A stretch of DNA of 64,000 nucleotides from a virus (taxonomy: Duplodnaviria; Caudoviricetes), in IMG/VR virus record IMGVR_UViG_3300042883_001293; one strand, given 5' to 3'. The position numbers were made by a program, and so were the translations under genes. The notes under the pieces are model-generated. The model was not told the DNA's origin and did not search any database. It saw only the letters and a program-made list of their open reading frames with translations. Below, one piece after another: positions 20,341 to 28,846 of this stretch; position 1 is the stretch's first letter; each line of letters starts with the position of its first letter.

Positions 20341-21006
20341 ATGACTAAAAATAGTCCTAGAATTTACACATATAAGGTTACCTTTGAAGAAGTTCCTTAT
20401 TACTATTATGGTAGTAAAAAAGAAAGGTATTTTGATGAAGAGTATTGGGGTTCTCCCGTAGCAAACAAATGGTGTTGGGGACTTTATACTCCAAAGAAAC
20501 AGATATTGGAATATTTTGAGTTTAGTGATGAAGGATATATCAAAGCACAAGAAGTTGAAGGGAGATTAATTAACCCAGTATATAATACCGATAAATGGTG
20601 CTTAAATGAAAGTTGCTTGGGAGTTTTTTCTTTAGAGCAAAAAAGTAAAGCAGGAAAAAAAGCATATGAACTTAAATTAGGGGTTCATTCAAGAAGTAAA
20701 GACCAAATGAGTAAAGATGGTAAAAAAGGTGGAAACAGCAATAGAGAAAATAAAACTGGAATTTGTGGAAGAAGTTTGGAAGAAATGATTGAACACGGCA
20801 GAATAACTGGTTATAAAAAGAAAGAATTAAATATCGGTGTTTGTGGTTTATCAAAAGAACAGAGAATTGAAAATTCTAAAATAACTAATTCTCAAAGATG
20901 GAAATGTTGTATAAGTGGTTATGTATCTACTGCTTCTGGTGTAGTTCAGCATCAAAAAGGAAAAGGAATAGATACATCAAAAAGTAATAGACGCAGAATA
21001 GCATAG
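20341..21006 (+). CDS. Seg-like GIY-YIG homing endonuclease
   Basis: IYTY...YYYYG...YWGS...E...N; paralog of 14009 and 26683. Confidence 0.75.
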   Translation: MTKNSPRIYTYKVTFEEVPYYYYGSKKERYFDEEYWGSPVANKWCWGLYTPKKQILEYFEFSDEGYIKAQEVEGRLINPVYNTDKWCLNESCLGVFSLEQKSKAGKKAYELKLGVHSRSKDQMSKDGKKGGNSNRENKTGICGRSLEEMIEHGRITGYKKKELNIGVCGLSKEQRIENSKITNSQRWKCCISGYVSTASGVVQHQKGKGIDTSKSNRRRIA

Positions 21007-21063
21007 GACACTTCTCAAACTGGAACAAGGGCACTTGAAAACGGGTGCCCTTTGTCGTATAAT
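21004..21063 (+). promoter_or_regulatory. Early dyad element (ACTGGAACA subtype) + stem-loop promoter
   Basis: taggacact-tctcaa-actggaaca; stem aagggcac/gtgccctt; TTGAAA-17-TATAAT. Confidence 0.75.
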
Positions 21064-21084
21064 GACTTCATAAGAAACAAACCG

Positions 21085-21351
21085 ATGAAACCACTTAAAC
21101 TCTTTCAATACGATAAAAAAGTTTGGGATGATGGTGATGCCGACTACACTTGGCAGTTCGGTATCATCAACAACAAAACATTATTCTGGGTTCATTATGA
21201 AAATCCCAGTCGTTTAGTTTTTAGTGATGGTGGATTACACATCCTATTCTCATTCTTTACTAATTCTTTATTTGGAGTAGATTTTCAACTTGGTAAGGTT
21301 GGTTTGAGTTTCAATTTTTTCACAGAATACTTTGATGGGTGGGAAGAATGA
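21085..21351 (+). CDS. Hypothetical protein
   Basis: ATG after promoter leader. Confidence 0.65.
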   Translation: MKPLKLFQYDKKVWDDGDADYTWQFGIINNKTLFWVHYENPSRLVFSDGGLHILFSFFTNSLFGVDFQLGKVGLSFNFFTEYFDGWEE

Positions 21352-21572
21352 CTAACCAACAACGAGCAGAAGAACTCCTAAAAGTTATTTGTAAAAGTGA
21401 AGCACACAATACTGCTTGGATGCTTCAAGAGGTTCTTCAACAACTTCGTAAGCAACTATCAGGAACTAATAAGATTGATTTTACTGATGAACTGGATGTG
21501 ATGTTTAATGCTGGATGGGATGAATGTCTCAAAGAGATTGATGCTATTTGTGATGAACTTTTAGAACTATGA
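21348..21572 (+). CDS. Hypothetical protein
   Basis: Coupled ORF. Confidence 0.65.
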   Translation: MTNQQRAEELLKVICKSEAHNTAWMLQEVLQQLRKQLSGTNKIDFTDELDVMFNAGWDECLKEIDAICDELLEL

Positions 21573-21778
21573 TGACTAACACAGCACACCAAATCTGGGA
21601 AGCATTCAAAGCAGAACTTACACAACCAGCAACAGATGATATGAAGGAAGCACTTGCTACTGCTATTCGTGTGATTTCTTCTCTAATTTATAGAGATGGA
21701 GTGCTTGCAAATGAACCTTGGCTTACTCATACTGCTCAAGAACTAAATGAAATTGCTGGTGATGTGGAGGCACTCTAA
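21569..21778 (+). CDS. Hypothetical protein
   Basis: Coupled ORF, ends EAL. Confidence 0.65.
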   Translation: MMTNTAHQIWEAFKAELTQPATDDMKEALATAIRVISSLIYRDGVLANEPWLTHTAQELNEIAGDVEAL

Positions 21779-21975
21779 TGTCTATTGAAGATGGATTGAC
21801 TTATCGGCACAAAGCATATGCTAATTCTATGAAAGCATATCGTCAGGCAAATCCCGATTGGAAAGAACAACAACTCGCAAGTGAAGAGTATGCTAAAAAA
21901 TGGATGGAAACATCTGCTCGTGCTTATCAAATAGCACAAGAAAAACTTGCTGAATTGAATTTGGAGGCATTATGA
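21778..21975 (+). CDS. Hypothetical protein
   Basis: Coupled ORF, ends EAL. Confidence 0.65.
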   Translation: MSIEDGLTYRHKAYANSMKAYRQANPDWKEQQLASEEYAKKWMETSARAYQIAQEKLAELNLEAL

Positions 21976-22163
21976 AAGAACAAGCAAAGAAAATAGATGA
22001 TGCCTACTGGAGAGCAATAACTAATGTTCCCGATATTTACACAAAGGGTCGGGTGCGTTTTGCTGCTGGTCTCCGTGAAACTATCAACCAACTCCAACAA
22101 AGCCCTGGTGTGATTATGTGTGCTGATGTGTTAGAATTGTGTGATGAATTGGAGGCACTATGA
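21972..22163 (+). CDS. Hypothetical protein
   Basis: Coupled ORF, ends EAL. Confidence 0.65.
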   Translation: MKEQAKKIDDAYWRAITNVPDIYTKGRVRFAAGLRETINQLQQSPGVIMCADVLELCDELEAL

Positions 22164-22387
22164 AACTTGATGGATTTGATTGGTTTATTATTTTGATTAT
22201 CCCTATTATTGTAATCATTATTGGTGGTATTACCACTTATGGTGAGCAACAACAACGACTAATATTCCAACAAACATATAATAAGAACTTGGAGTGTCGT
22301 CAAGCACTCAAAGACCAAACAGTAGTAAGAGTGAATGAGATTTGTGGAACAGTTCCACAAATCAAAGATTTTGTTGGGAGAAACTGA
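22160..22387 (+). CDS. Membrane-anchored hypothetical protein
   Basis: N-terminal TM helix. Confidence 0.65.
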   Translation: MKLDGFDWFIILIIPIIVIIIGGITTYGEQQQRLIFQQTYNKNLECRQALKDQTVVRVNEICGTVPQIKDFVGRN

Positions 22388-22388
22388 A

Positions 22389-22583
22389 ATGTATAGTAAT
22401 GATGATAATTTGTGGGGACTTATTCTTTTATTCGTTTTTTGTTCTTCTCTTGTGGGTATGTTGTTATATGTTGATGGACAAGGATACAAAAAGGGAGTGA
22501 ATGAAACTCTTGTTTTGTGTATTGAGAACGCAAAGGATTGTAAAATCAAGTATGATTACTTGAAGTTGGAAGAGCAGAAATGA
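22389..22583 (+). CDS. Membrane-anchored hypothetical protein
   Basis: TM helix. Confidence 0.6.
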   Translation: MYSNDDNLWGLILLFVFCSSLVGMLLYVDGQGYKKGVNETLVLCIENAKDCKIKYDYLKLEEQK

Positions 22584-22753
22584 TTGAACTTGATAGTTGG
22601 TGTGATAATTGGACACCCACATCTTATAATGACCCCCGCATTAGTTTGAGACAGATTGCTGACCGTGCTCGTAATGTTTTAGAGGAAGAGAAAAAATCAG
22701 AAGAAGAATATGAATACTTCCACATTTCTTATCGTAAAGACGCACCTTTTTGA
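22580..22753 (+). CDS. Hypothetical protein (57 aa)
   Basis: Own translation; overlaps both neighbours by 4 bp. Confidence 0.55.
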   Translation: MIELDSWCDNWTPTSYNDPRISLRQIADRARNVLEEEKKSEEEYEYFHISYRKDAPF

Positions 22754-23187
22754 TTATGACTGACTTTCAACCAAAACCCCAGACACACGAAGAAGTTGCC
22801 GATGGTCTTCGTGAGGCTTTTAGACAAGCAATCAAAGATGGTGTGATGGATGCTACTCCTTATTTTAAACAAATGACTTTCAAATCTGATATTGAAAAGA
22901 CCGAAGCAGAAATTAAAGTGCTTCAAAAGAAACTTGACCTTCTTAAAGAGATTGAGACACATAAATCTCAACCCAGAATGGAGTTTGATTTTGGTGGGAA
23001 GTTTGAGATTGTCTCTTATAATGATGAAGAATATCTTCGTCTTCAATTTAATGATGAAAGTCATAATTGGTTTAAGAGAAAGCATACTGTTGATGGTGTG
23101 GTAATGGCTGCTATTACTGATGGTGAAACTCATCGTCTGCTTGAGGGTGTGTGGTTCAACGATGTAAAGAAGGGGAAGTATGACTAA
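22750..23187 (+). CDS. Hypothetical protein with coiled coil
   Basis: ORF track. Confidence 0.7.
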   Translation: MIMTDFQPKPQTHEEVADGLREAFRQAIKDGVMDATPYFKQMTFKSDIEKTEAEIKVLQKKLDLLKEIETHKSQPRMEFDFGGKFEIVSYNDEEYLRLQFNDESHNWFKRKHTVDGVVMAAITDGETHRLLEGVWFNDVKKGKYD

Positions 23188-23326
23188 AACTCAAAAAATT
23201 CAATCTGAAATTGATGAATTACATAAAAAGTTTGATGTTCTTCAATCACAATCTGCGACTTTAAGTGAATTGAATAGTGTGCGAAGACAGTTAAATATTG
23301 CTTATGAAAAGTTGAGGAAGAACTGA
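23180..23326 (+). CDS. Small coiled-coil protein (48 aa)
   Basis: Own translation. Confidence 0.5.
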   Translation: MTKTQKIQSEIDELHKKFDVLQSQSATLSELNSVRRQLNIAYEKLRKN

Positions 23327-23327
23327 A

Positions 23328-23633
23328 ATGACTAACCCAGAAATCATCGTAGAACGAAAAAAATATGGAAGTTCTGCTATGGATTATACTATGAGAGTTT
23401 ATCAAAAACTTGATGAAGAAACCATAATGATTGATGGTGTGAAGTATCAAAAAGTAGAAGAACCAAAACCAAAGATACTTTATGAGATGTTTTACAATAA
23501 AGGTTTAGTATCAATTTGTGATACTGTTTGTGATATTGTTGCCGATTGGTTGCCTGATGAAGATGATGGTGATGATAGATATGCTTGTGGTTGGAATGAT
23601 TGTGTTGAAAAGTTGAAGTTGAGGTTAAAATGA
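23328..23633 (+). CDS. Hypothetical protein (WLP...GWNDC family)
   Basis: Shares modules with 28049 and 28843. Confidence 0.7.
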   Translation: MTNPEIIVERKKYGSSAMDYTMRVYQKLDEETIMIDGVKYQKVEEPKPKILYEMFYNKGLVSICDTVCDIVADWLPDEDDGDDRYACGWNDCVEKLKLRLK

Positions 23634-24187
23634 CTGAACGACTAAATCATAAACTTGATGTAAGCAAAATCAAAACACTCAAAGATGTAAAGAATGTCTT
23701 TGAGTGTATGAATTTGTATTCTTATGCTGAAGAAGACCACGAAAAGTATGAACTCCTCAAAGAGTATTTTACTATTCCAAATGAACCACAAGAACTTGTC
23801 GGATTCAAACTACCACGCAAGTCATTAGAAGAAATCTCACGGGAATTTGATGCGAAGATTGATAAACAGATTGAAGATGTAGAGTATAAGTTCGCACAAC
23901 TCAAATATTACCAAGAGTATCAGTTTAGTAAAAAGATTACCAGGATTATTGAGGATATTGAGTATGCTCGCAAGAATGGAAGTTTTCCAGCAAAATTAGA
24001 TTACTCTAAACTTACTGCGACTGGTAGTAATTTTACTTCCAGTTTGATAATCAAATCAGGTGGTAAAGAAGTTGGATATTATACATTCGGTAATGGATAT
24101 TTGAAGTATTATATGAATAAGAAACCGACTGCGATTGTTAGGTTCTTTATGAATAAACTTTTGGGTTTCCGTTGGGTAGACACTTGA
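23630..24187 (+). CDS. Hypothetical protein
   Basis: Coupled ORF. Confidence 0.7.
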   Translation: MTERLNHKLDVSKIKTLKDVKNVFECMNLYSYAEEDHEKYELLKEYFTIPNEPQELVGFKLPRKSLEEISREFDAKIDKQIEDVEYKFAQLKYYQEYQFSKKITRIIEDIEYARKNGSFPAKLDYSKLTATGSNFTSSLIIKSGGKEVGYYTFGNGYLKYYMNKKPTAIVRFFMNKLLGFRWVDT

Positions 24188-24243
24188 AGAACTGGCCCAG
24201 GAGCATCCCACAGGTGCTCCTTTTGGTCTATAATGACTTCATA
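24176..24243 (+). repeat. Early dyad/stem-loop promoter, direct-repeat copy 1
   Basis: Nearly identical to 24644-24712; TATAAT 29 bp after dyad. Confidence 0.8.
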
Positions 24244-24256
24244 CATCCAAATCTTT

Positions 24257-24646
24257 ATGATTTACTTCATCAGTGGGCATTTATCACTCACACAAGATGA
24301 GTTTGATATTCATTACAAACCTCTAATTGATGAGGCACTTTCTCACAATCACTCTTTTGTTGTTGGTGATGCGAAAGGTGCTGATACATTAGCACAGAAT
24401 TATTTGTTTGGTAAAACTGATAGAGTAGTTGTCTATCATATGTTTGAAACTCCAAGATATAATTCTGGGTTTCCTACCGAAGGTGGATTTCAAAGTGATG
24501 AGGAAAGAGATATTGCTATGACTGATAATAGTGATAGGGATATTGCTTGGGTAAGAAAAGGTAGGGAAAAATCTGGAACTCAAAAAAACCTTGATAGAAG
24601 AAGTGATTTGAAATATCGTCTTCTTTATTTGGGTGGAGATAGGTAG
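24257..24646 (+). CDS. SLOG/YspA-like nucleotide-binding protein
   Basis: FISGH...VVGDAKGADTLAQ...RDIAM...W...KSGT..N. Confidence 0.6.
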   Translation: MIYFISGHLSLTQDEFDIHYKPLIDEALSHNHSFVVGDAKGADTLAQNYLFGKTDRVVVYHMFETPRYNSGFPTEGGFQSDEERDIAMTDNSDRDIAWVRKGREKSGTQKNLDRRSDLKYRLLYLGGDR

Positions 24647-24712
24647 GACACTTGAAGAACTGGCACAGGAGCATCCCACAGGTGCTCCTTTTGGTTGTAT
24701 AATGACTTCATA
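24644..24712 (+). repeat. Early dyad/stem-loop promoter, direct-repeat copy 2
   Basis: taggacact-tgaaga-actggcaca; stem ggagca/tgctcc; TATAAT 30 bp downstream. Confidence 0.8.
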
Positions 24713-24724
24713 AGAAACAAACCG

Positions 24725-24898
24725 ATGCACTACGAAACTGACATCATCATTCATCAGTATTCATCTGATGGAGATTTTTATTACAAACTCAAAGTCACAG
24801 ATGTAATGAATATGGATTACTACTATGATGGTAGTGCTTCTACACTTGATGATGTTATGGAATGTATTCAACTTCACCTCAAACAACACCAGAACTGA
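24725..24898 (+). CDS. Hypothetical protein
   Basis: ATG after promoter leader. Confidence 0.6.
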   Translation: MHYETDIIIHQYSSDGDFYYKLKVTDVMNMDYYYDGSASTLDDVMECIQLHLKQHQN

Positions 24899-24899
24899 A

Positions 24900-25121
24900 A
24901 TGACCGACACACAAAAACTCCAATTCCTTCTCACCAAACTTCAAGAAACTGCAGACAATAAGCATTGTTATGATGAATGTGGTGATGATTATTCTCCTTC
25001 AGACGCTGGAAATTATGATGATGCTTTTGATGTGGGATTTGAGTATGGTGAAATCACATTTGCTCGTGATTTGCTCCAACAACTTAAACTTCAAACACAA
25101 ATTGAACCTCATTTGAAATGA
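24900..25121 (+). CDS. Hypothetical acidic protein
   Basis: ORF. Confidence 0.65.
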   Translation: MTDTQKLQFLLTKLQETADNKHCYDECGDDYSPSDAGNYDDAFDVGFEYGEITFARDLLQQLKLQTQIEPHLK

Positions 25122-25303
25122 CTGACCAAGAAAAACTTTACAAACTCTGTATTCTTGAGTTGCTGATTGCGATTGATGAGGATGTAGTGGATTGGAGGAA
25201 CTATCCTAAACTCTGGGAAGCAGTTAAACTTGCCGACAGAACTCTTGACATTTGGGCAGGAGACAATCTCAAACAAATGAAAGCAGAACTTGAAGAGGTG
25301 TAA
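25118..25303 (+). CDS. Hypothetical protein
   Basis: Coupled ORF. Confidence 0.65.
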   Translation: MTDQEKLYKLCILELLIAIDEDVVDWRNYPKLWEAVKLADRTLDIWAGDNLKQMKAELEEV

Positions 25304-25310
25304 AAACTAA

Positions 25311-25499
25311 ATGAAATACAACATCAAAAAACAACAAATCATTCAAAATGAAGAAGATGGTTGGAGTTTTCAATTTTGGGAAGAAGTAGATTTTGTAAAA
25401 ATTGTTTATTTTGAAGAACCACTTTCAAAAACAACAGAATTTCGTATTCCTAAAGATTGTGTAGAATATTTTATTGATGCTTTGGAGAACCTGAAATGA
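25311..25499 (+). CDS. Hypothetical protein
   Basis: ORF. Confidence 0.6.
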   Translation: MKYNIKKQQIIQNEEDGWSFQFWEEVDFVKIVYFEEPLSKTTEFRIPKDCVEYFIDALENLK

Positions 25500-25687
25500 C
25501 TGACTTCTCTCAAGAACGATTTGTTGATTTAGGACAAACACTCTATGTTGAGTGGTTGAAAACTTGTTCTAATATGCAAAGTGCTACGGAACAAGAACGA
25601 AGGGAAATCTTTAAGTTCGGTGCTGAACTTGCATTTGAGGCAGCAGAAGAGTTTGCTAAAGTATTCCATCATCAAGAGGAGAACTGA
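25496..25687 (+). CDS. Hypothetical protein
   Basis: Coupled ORF. Confidence 0.65.
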   Translation: MTDFSQERFVDLGQTLYVEWLKTCSNMQSATEQERREIFKFGAELAFEAAEEFAKVFHHQEEN

Positions 25688-25688
25688 A

Positions 25689-26015
25689 ATGACTATCAAA
25701 GCAACTGAACTTCTCAAACTCTTTGCCAAAGCAAAACAACTTGATTTAAGTGTTGAGGTTCGTGAGGACAAAGATGGTGATTATGTAATTCGTATCTATG
25801 AAATGTTCCGTCCAGAAAACTTTGATGAAAAGGTAGTCATCACTCAAAAAGGTGATAGTGATTGGGATAAGGGTGATTATAGTTTTGATTATATGATGGA
25901 TGTTCTTGATCGAATGTTGGAAGAAAAACGACAAGAGAAAATCAAAGAACAAAAACGACAAGAACTTCTTGCTCGTTTGACTGATTTTGAAAAGGACTTG
26001 CTTGGAGTAAAATGA
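25689..26015 (+). CDS. Hypothetical protein
   Basis: GAGGAG RBS, ATG 25689. Confidence 0.7.
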   Translation: MTIKATELLKLFAKAKQLDLSVEVREDKDGDYVIRIYEMFRPENFDEKVVITQKGDSDWDKGDYSFDYMMDVLDRMLEEKRQEKIKEQKRQELLARLTDFEKDLLGVK

Positions 26016-26350
26016 CTATCAAAAAAATCAAAGTCAAAGAAATTCAAAAGTATTATGGGGACTTTGACGGAACTCTTGAAAGTATTATTATCGCACTTCA
26101 AGCAGAATTAGATGCTGGTTGGGAGGGAATTGAGAGTGATTGGGAATGGGATTATGGTGGTGAAAAATACATCGAATATTATCTCTACAAACATCGTGAA
26201 GAAACCGATAAAGAGTATGAGAAACGAATGAAACAACTGGAGAAAGAAAAGGCAGACAAGACAAAAGCAAAAGAACGAAAACTTCAACAACTCAAGAAAG
26301 ACCTTGCTTCCTTGACTGATGATGAACTCAAACAACTTGGGGTAAGATGA
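26012..26350 (+). CDS. Hypothetical protein, C-terminal coiled coil
   Basis: Coupled ORF. Confidence 0.7.
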   Translation: MTIKKIKVKEIQKYYGDFDGTLESIIIALQAELDAGWEGIESDWEWDYGGEKYIEYYLYKHREETDKEYEKRMKQLEKEKADKTKAKERKLQQLKKDLASLTDDELKQLGVR

Positions 26351-26571
26351 CCAAATACCGAATCGTAAAAAGAAACAACTATCAAACCTATTGCTACTTC
26401 GCACAGAAGAAAGTGCTGTGGTGGTGGGTTGATTTGCCTACACATTCTTGTAGTTCTTACGGAGACTTTGAGTGCTGTGAAACACCATCTCATAATTTGA
26501 ATTTAGTTGAGAAGTATATTGAGCAGGTGATGTTCAAAAACCAAGATACTGTGGTGAAAGTTTATGGGTAA
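26347..26571 (+). CDS. Hypothetical protein
   Basis: Coupled ORF. Confidence 0.65.
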   Translation: MTKYRIVKRNNYQTYCYFAQKKVLWWWVDLPTHSCSSYGDFECCETPSHNLNLVEKYIEQVMFKNQDTVVKVYG

Positions 26572-26586
26572 ATAACTTATAAATAA

Positions 26587-26646
26587 TATGTCTGTTGAAA
26601 CCGCAATCTCTACGGACAGATTAGGTGCTCTTATGAGCACCTTTTC
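26587..26646 (+). ncRNA. Candidate antisense sRNA C (cognate to 26683)
   Basis: TATAAATA 26578-85; stem tgtctgt/acggaca; terminator aggtgctc-ttat-gagcacct-tttct; 26591-605 complementary to 26662-76. Confidence 0.6.
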
Positions 26647-26649
26647 TAT

Positions 26650-26657
26650 TATAAATA
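26650..26657 (+). promoter_or_regulatory. Late promoter TATAAATA
   Basis: Exact consensus. Confidence 0.7.
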
Positions 26658-26682
26658 ATAATGCGGTTTCAATAGAATAGAA

Positions 26683-27366
26683 ATGACTTCACAAAGTCCA
26701 AAAATATACTTGTATAAAATTACCTTTGAAGAAGTTCCATATTACTATTATGGAGTTCATAAGGAAAAATATTTTAATGATGATTATTGGGGTTCTCCAA
26801 AAACAAATAAATGGTGTTGGGAACTTTATACACCAAAGAAACAAATACTCCAATACTTTGATTTCAACGATAATGGTTGGATAGAGGCACAAGAAGTTGA
26901 AAAAAGAATAATCAAACCAGTTTATAATCAAGATAAATGGTGTTTGAATGAGAGTTGTGGTGGATATTTCTCTCTCAATACTTTAAGTATTGGTGGACAA
27001 AAAGGAGGAGAAAGAGCAAAAGAACTTGGTGTTGGATTTTTTGCTATGAGTGAAGAAGAAAAATTCCAAGCAAGAAGTAAAGTAGGTAAAAGTGGAGCAG
27101 GTGGTAGAAAAATAAAAGAACTTGGGATTGGTGTTTGTGGATTAACATTAGAGCAAAGAAGAAATCTTGGATTAAAAACCAAAGAACTTGGTGTGGGTAT
27201 ATGTGGATTGACCATAGAAGAACGAAGAGAAATTTCAAAAATTGCAAATTCTCAAAGATGGGAATGTTATGAAACTGGTTATGTATCCACTGCTGCTGGT
27301 GTTGTTGCGTATCAAAAAGCAAGAGGGATAAACACATCAAAAAACAATAGACGCAGAATATCATAA
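26683..27366 (+). CDS. Seg-like GIY-YIG homing endonuclease
   Basis: IYLY...YYYYG...YWGS; KELGxGIxGLT repeats; paralog of 20341. Confidence 0.75.
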   Translation: MTSQSPKIYLYKITFEEVPYYYYGVHKEKYFNDDYWGSPKTNKWCWELYTPKKQILQYFDFNDNGWIEAQEVEKRIIKPVYNQDKWCLNESCGGYFSLNTLSIGGQKGGERAKELGVGFFAMSEEEKFQARSKVGKSGAGGRKIKELGIGVCGLTLEQRRNLGLKTKELGVGICGLTIEERREISKIANSQRWECYETGYVSTAAGVVAYQKARGINTSKNNRRRIS

Positions 27367-27424
27367 AGACACTTTCCAAACTGGAACACGGGCACTTGAA
27401 AACGAGTGCCCTTTGTCGTATAAT
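27365..27424 (+). promoter_or_regulatory. Early dyad element (ACTGGAACA subtype)
   Basis: aaagacact-ttccaa-actggaaca; TTGAAA-17-TATAAT. Confidence 0.75.
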
Positions 27425-27448
27425 GACTTTATGAAACAACCAACTCAA

Positions 27449-27808
27449 ATGAAAGACCTTGAACTCGGACAAATGATTTTCGGTAATCCCACAGAGGAAT
27501 ATAGTGTTCCTCGTGAGAAATGGATGGGTGGTCCATTCCAAATCCTAATTGATGCGATCACAGAAAAGACAGGAGAAAAGGATTATGGATACACTCCACA
27601 TTTCTCCAACGACTTTTTTACTATGCGTCCTTATTATTGGGGTGATGAAGAAGATGAAATGGATAAACCTAACTTTGAAATCCCAAGTGAAAACTTCCGT
27701 TTGACTTGGTATAAGTATCCTTTTAGGAGTTCTTATGCGAGTGAGAAACTTACTCCAAAGAGATGGAATGATTTGGTTCAAAAATGTATTAAGAGTTTGG
27801 AAGAATGA
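27449..27808 (+). CDS. Hypothetical protein
   Basis: ATG after promoter leader. Confidence 0.7.
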   Translation: MKDLELGQMIFGNPTEEYSVPREKWMGGPFQILIDAITEKTGEKDYGYTPHFSNDFFTMRPYYWGDEEDEMDKPNFEIPSENFRLTWYKYPFRSSYASEKLTPKRWNDLVQKCIKSLEE

Positions 27809-28056
27809 CTAAACATCCAACCAACAACTGGAACTTTCACGATGACGCAGAGGATGCCTTTGTAAAGTGGTTTAATGACTTTTATAGTCCTTATACCTTT
27901 CGTTCTGAATGGTTTTACGGGGACTGTAAAGTAGAAGACGAAAAGACCCGTGAGGACATTATGTATGGTTGGATACACACATCTTTTGTTGCTGGTTGGG
28001 AAGCAGCAAACTATGCTAAACTGGAGGAGGAAGTAGGACTTACTGATAATGAGTGA
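27805..28056 (+). CDS. Hypothetical protein
   Basis: Coupled ORF. Confidence 0.7.
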   Translation: MTKHPTNNWNFHDDAEDAFVKWFNDFYSPYTFRSEWFYGDCKVEDEKTREDIMYGWIHTSFVAGWEAANYAKLEEEVGLTDNE

Positions 28057-28846
28057 TATAATTTACTACAAAAATGGTGAGGAAACATACCGTATTTCTC
28101 CTCCAACTCCTGGAACCAAATGTCCTGAAACCAAACTTGAAATCAAAATGACTGAAACCGACATCTCAAAAGTTCTCATAGAGGGAGACTACGCAACCAT
28201 TATGGGTGTGAAGTATAAGAGAGTAGAAGAACAAGAATTCACACTTGAACTCACACTTGACGAACTTCACATGCTTGATAAGTATGTTGAATATTGTGAA
28301 GAAACAAAAGAGTTTTTTGATAAACTCAAGAATGCTTATCCTAAACAAAAATCACCAGTAGAAGAAGCATATAAGAATACCTTTGGAGATTATCCTGATA
28401 TGGTACATAATCTCAATTCATTCTCAATATTCCAGAAGGGTTATGAGGCAGCACAATCAAAGAATGTTGAACCTTATTGTCCAGATGAACCTGATTGGTA
28501 TGATGAAGTAGAACATGATGAGAAGGACAATCCTCCTTATCGTATCACTGATGAAGTTGTGAATAAAATGCTGAAGGAATGGGAAGAAAATCCCCCAGAC
28601 TTTTTGAAGTTTGAAATGGGCAAAACTCTGGAAGATTTGATTACTCGGTGGTGGTTGGATATTCATACAGTCCATAAAGATTGGGATGTTCCAACTTATG
28701 TTGATGATTTGATTGACCAAATTCAGTTGTGGTTGCCGAAAGAACAATCGCACGAAGGAACACAAGATGCTTCTGTAATTGACTTGGTAGACGGATATAA
28801 TGACTGCCTCACCAAAATCAAATCAAAATTGAGGAATAAAAAATGA
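28049..28846 (+). CDS. Modular hypothetical protein (GVKY and WLP...GYNDC modules)
   Basis: ORF track. Confidence 0.75.
   Translation: MSDIIYYKNGEETYRISPPTPGTKCPETKLEIKMTETDISKVLIEGDYATIMGVKYKRVEEQEFTLELTLDELHMLDKYVEYCEETKEFFDKLKNAYPKQKSPVEEAYKNTFGDYPDMVHNLNSFSIFQKGYEAAQSKNVEPYCPDEPDWYDEVEHDEKDNPPYRITDEVVNKMLKEWEENPPDFLKFEMGKTLEDLITRWWLDIHTVHKDWDVPTYVDDLIDQIQLWLPKEQSHEGTQDASVIDLVDGYNDCLTKIKSKLRNKK

Noticed and set aside
21052-21084. N-terminal extensions MSYNDF.../MYNDF.../MKNWHR... at 19041, 21052, 24233, 24695, 27413 and 30336
   Set aside because: They are translations of the repeated promoter/-10 sequence; the real starts are the downstream ATGs
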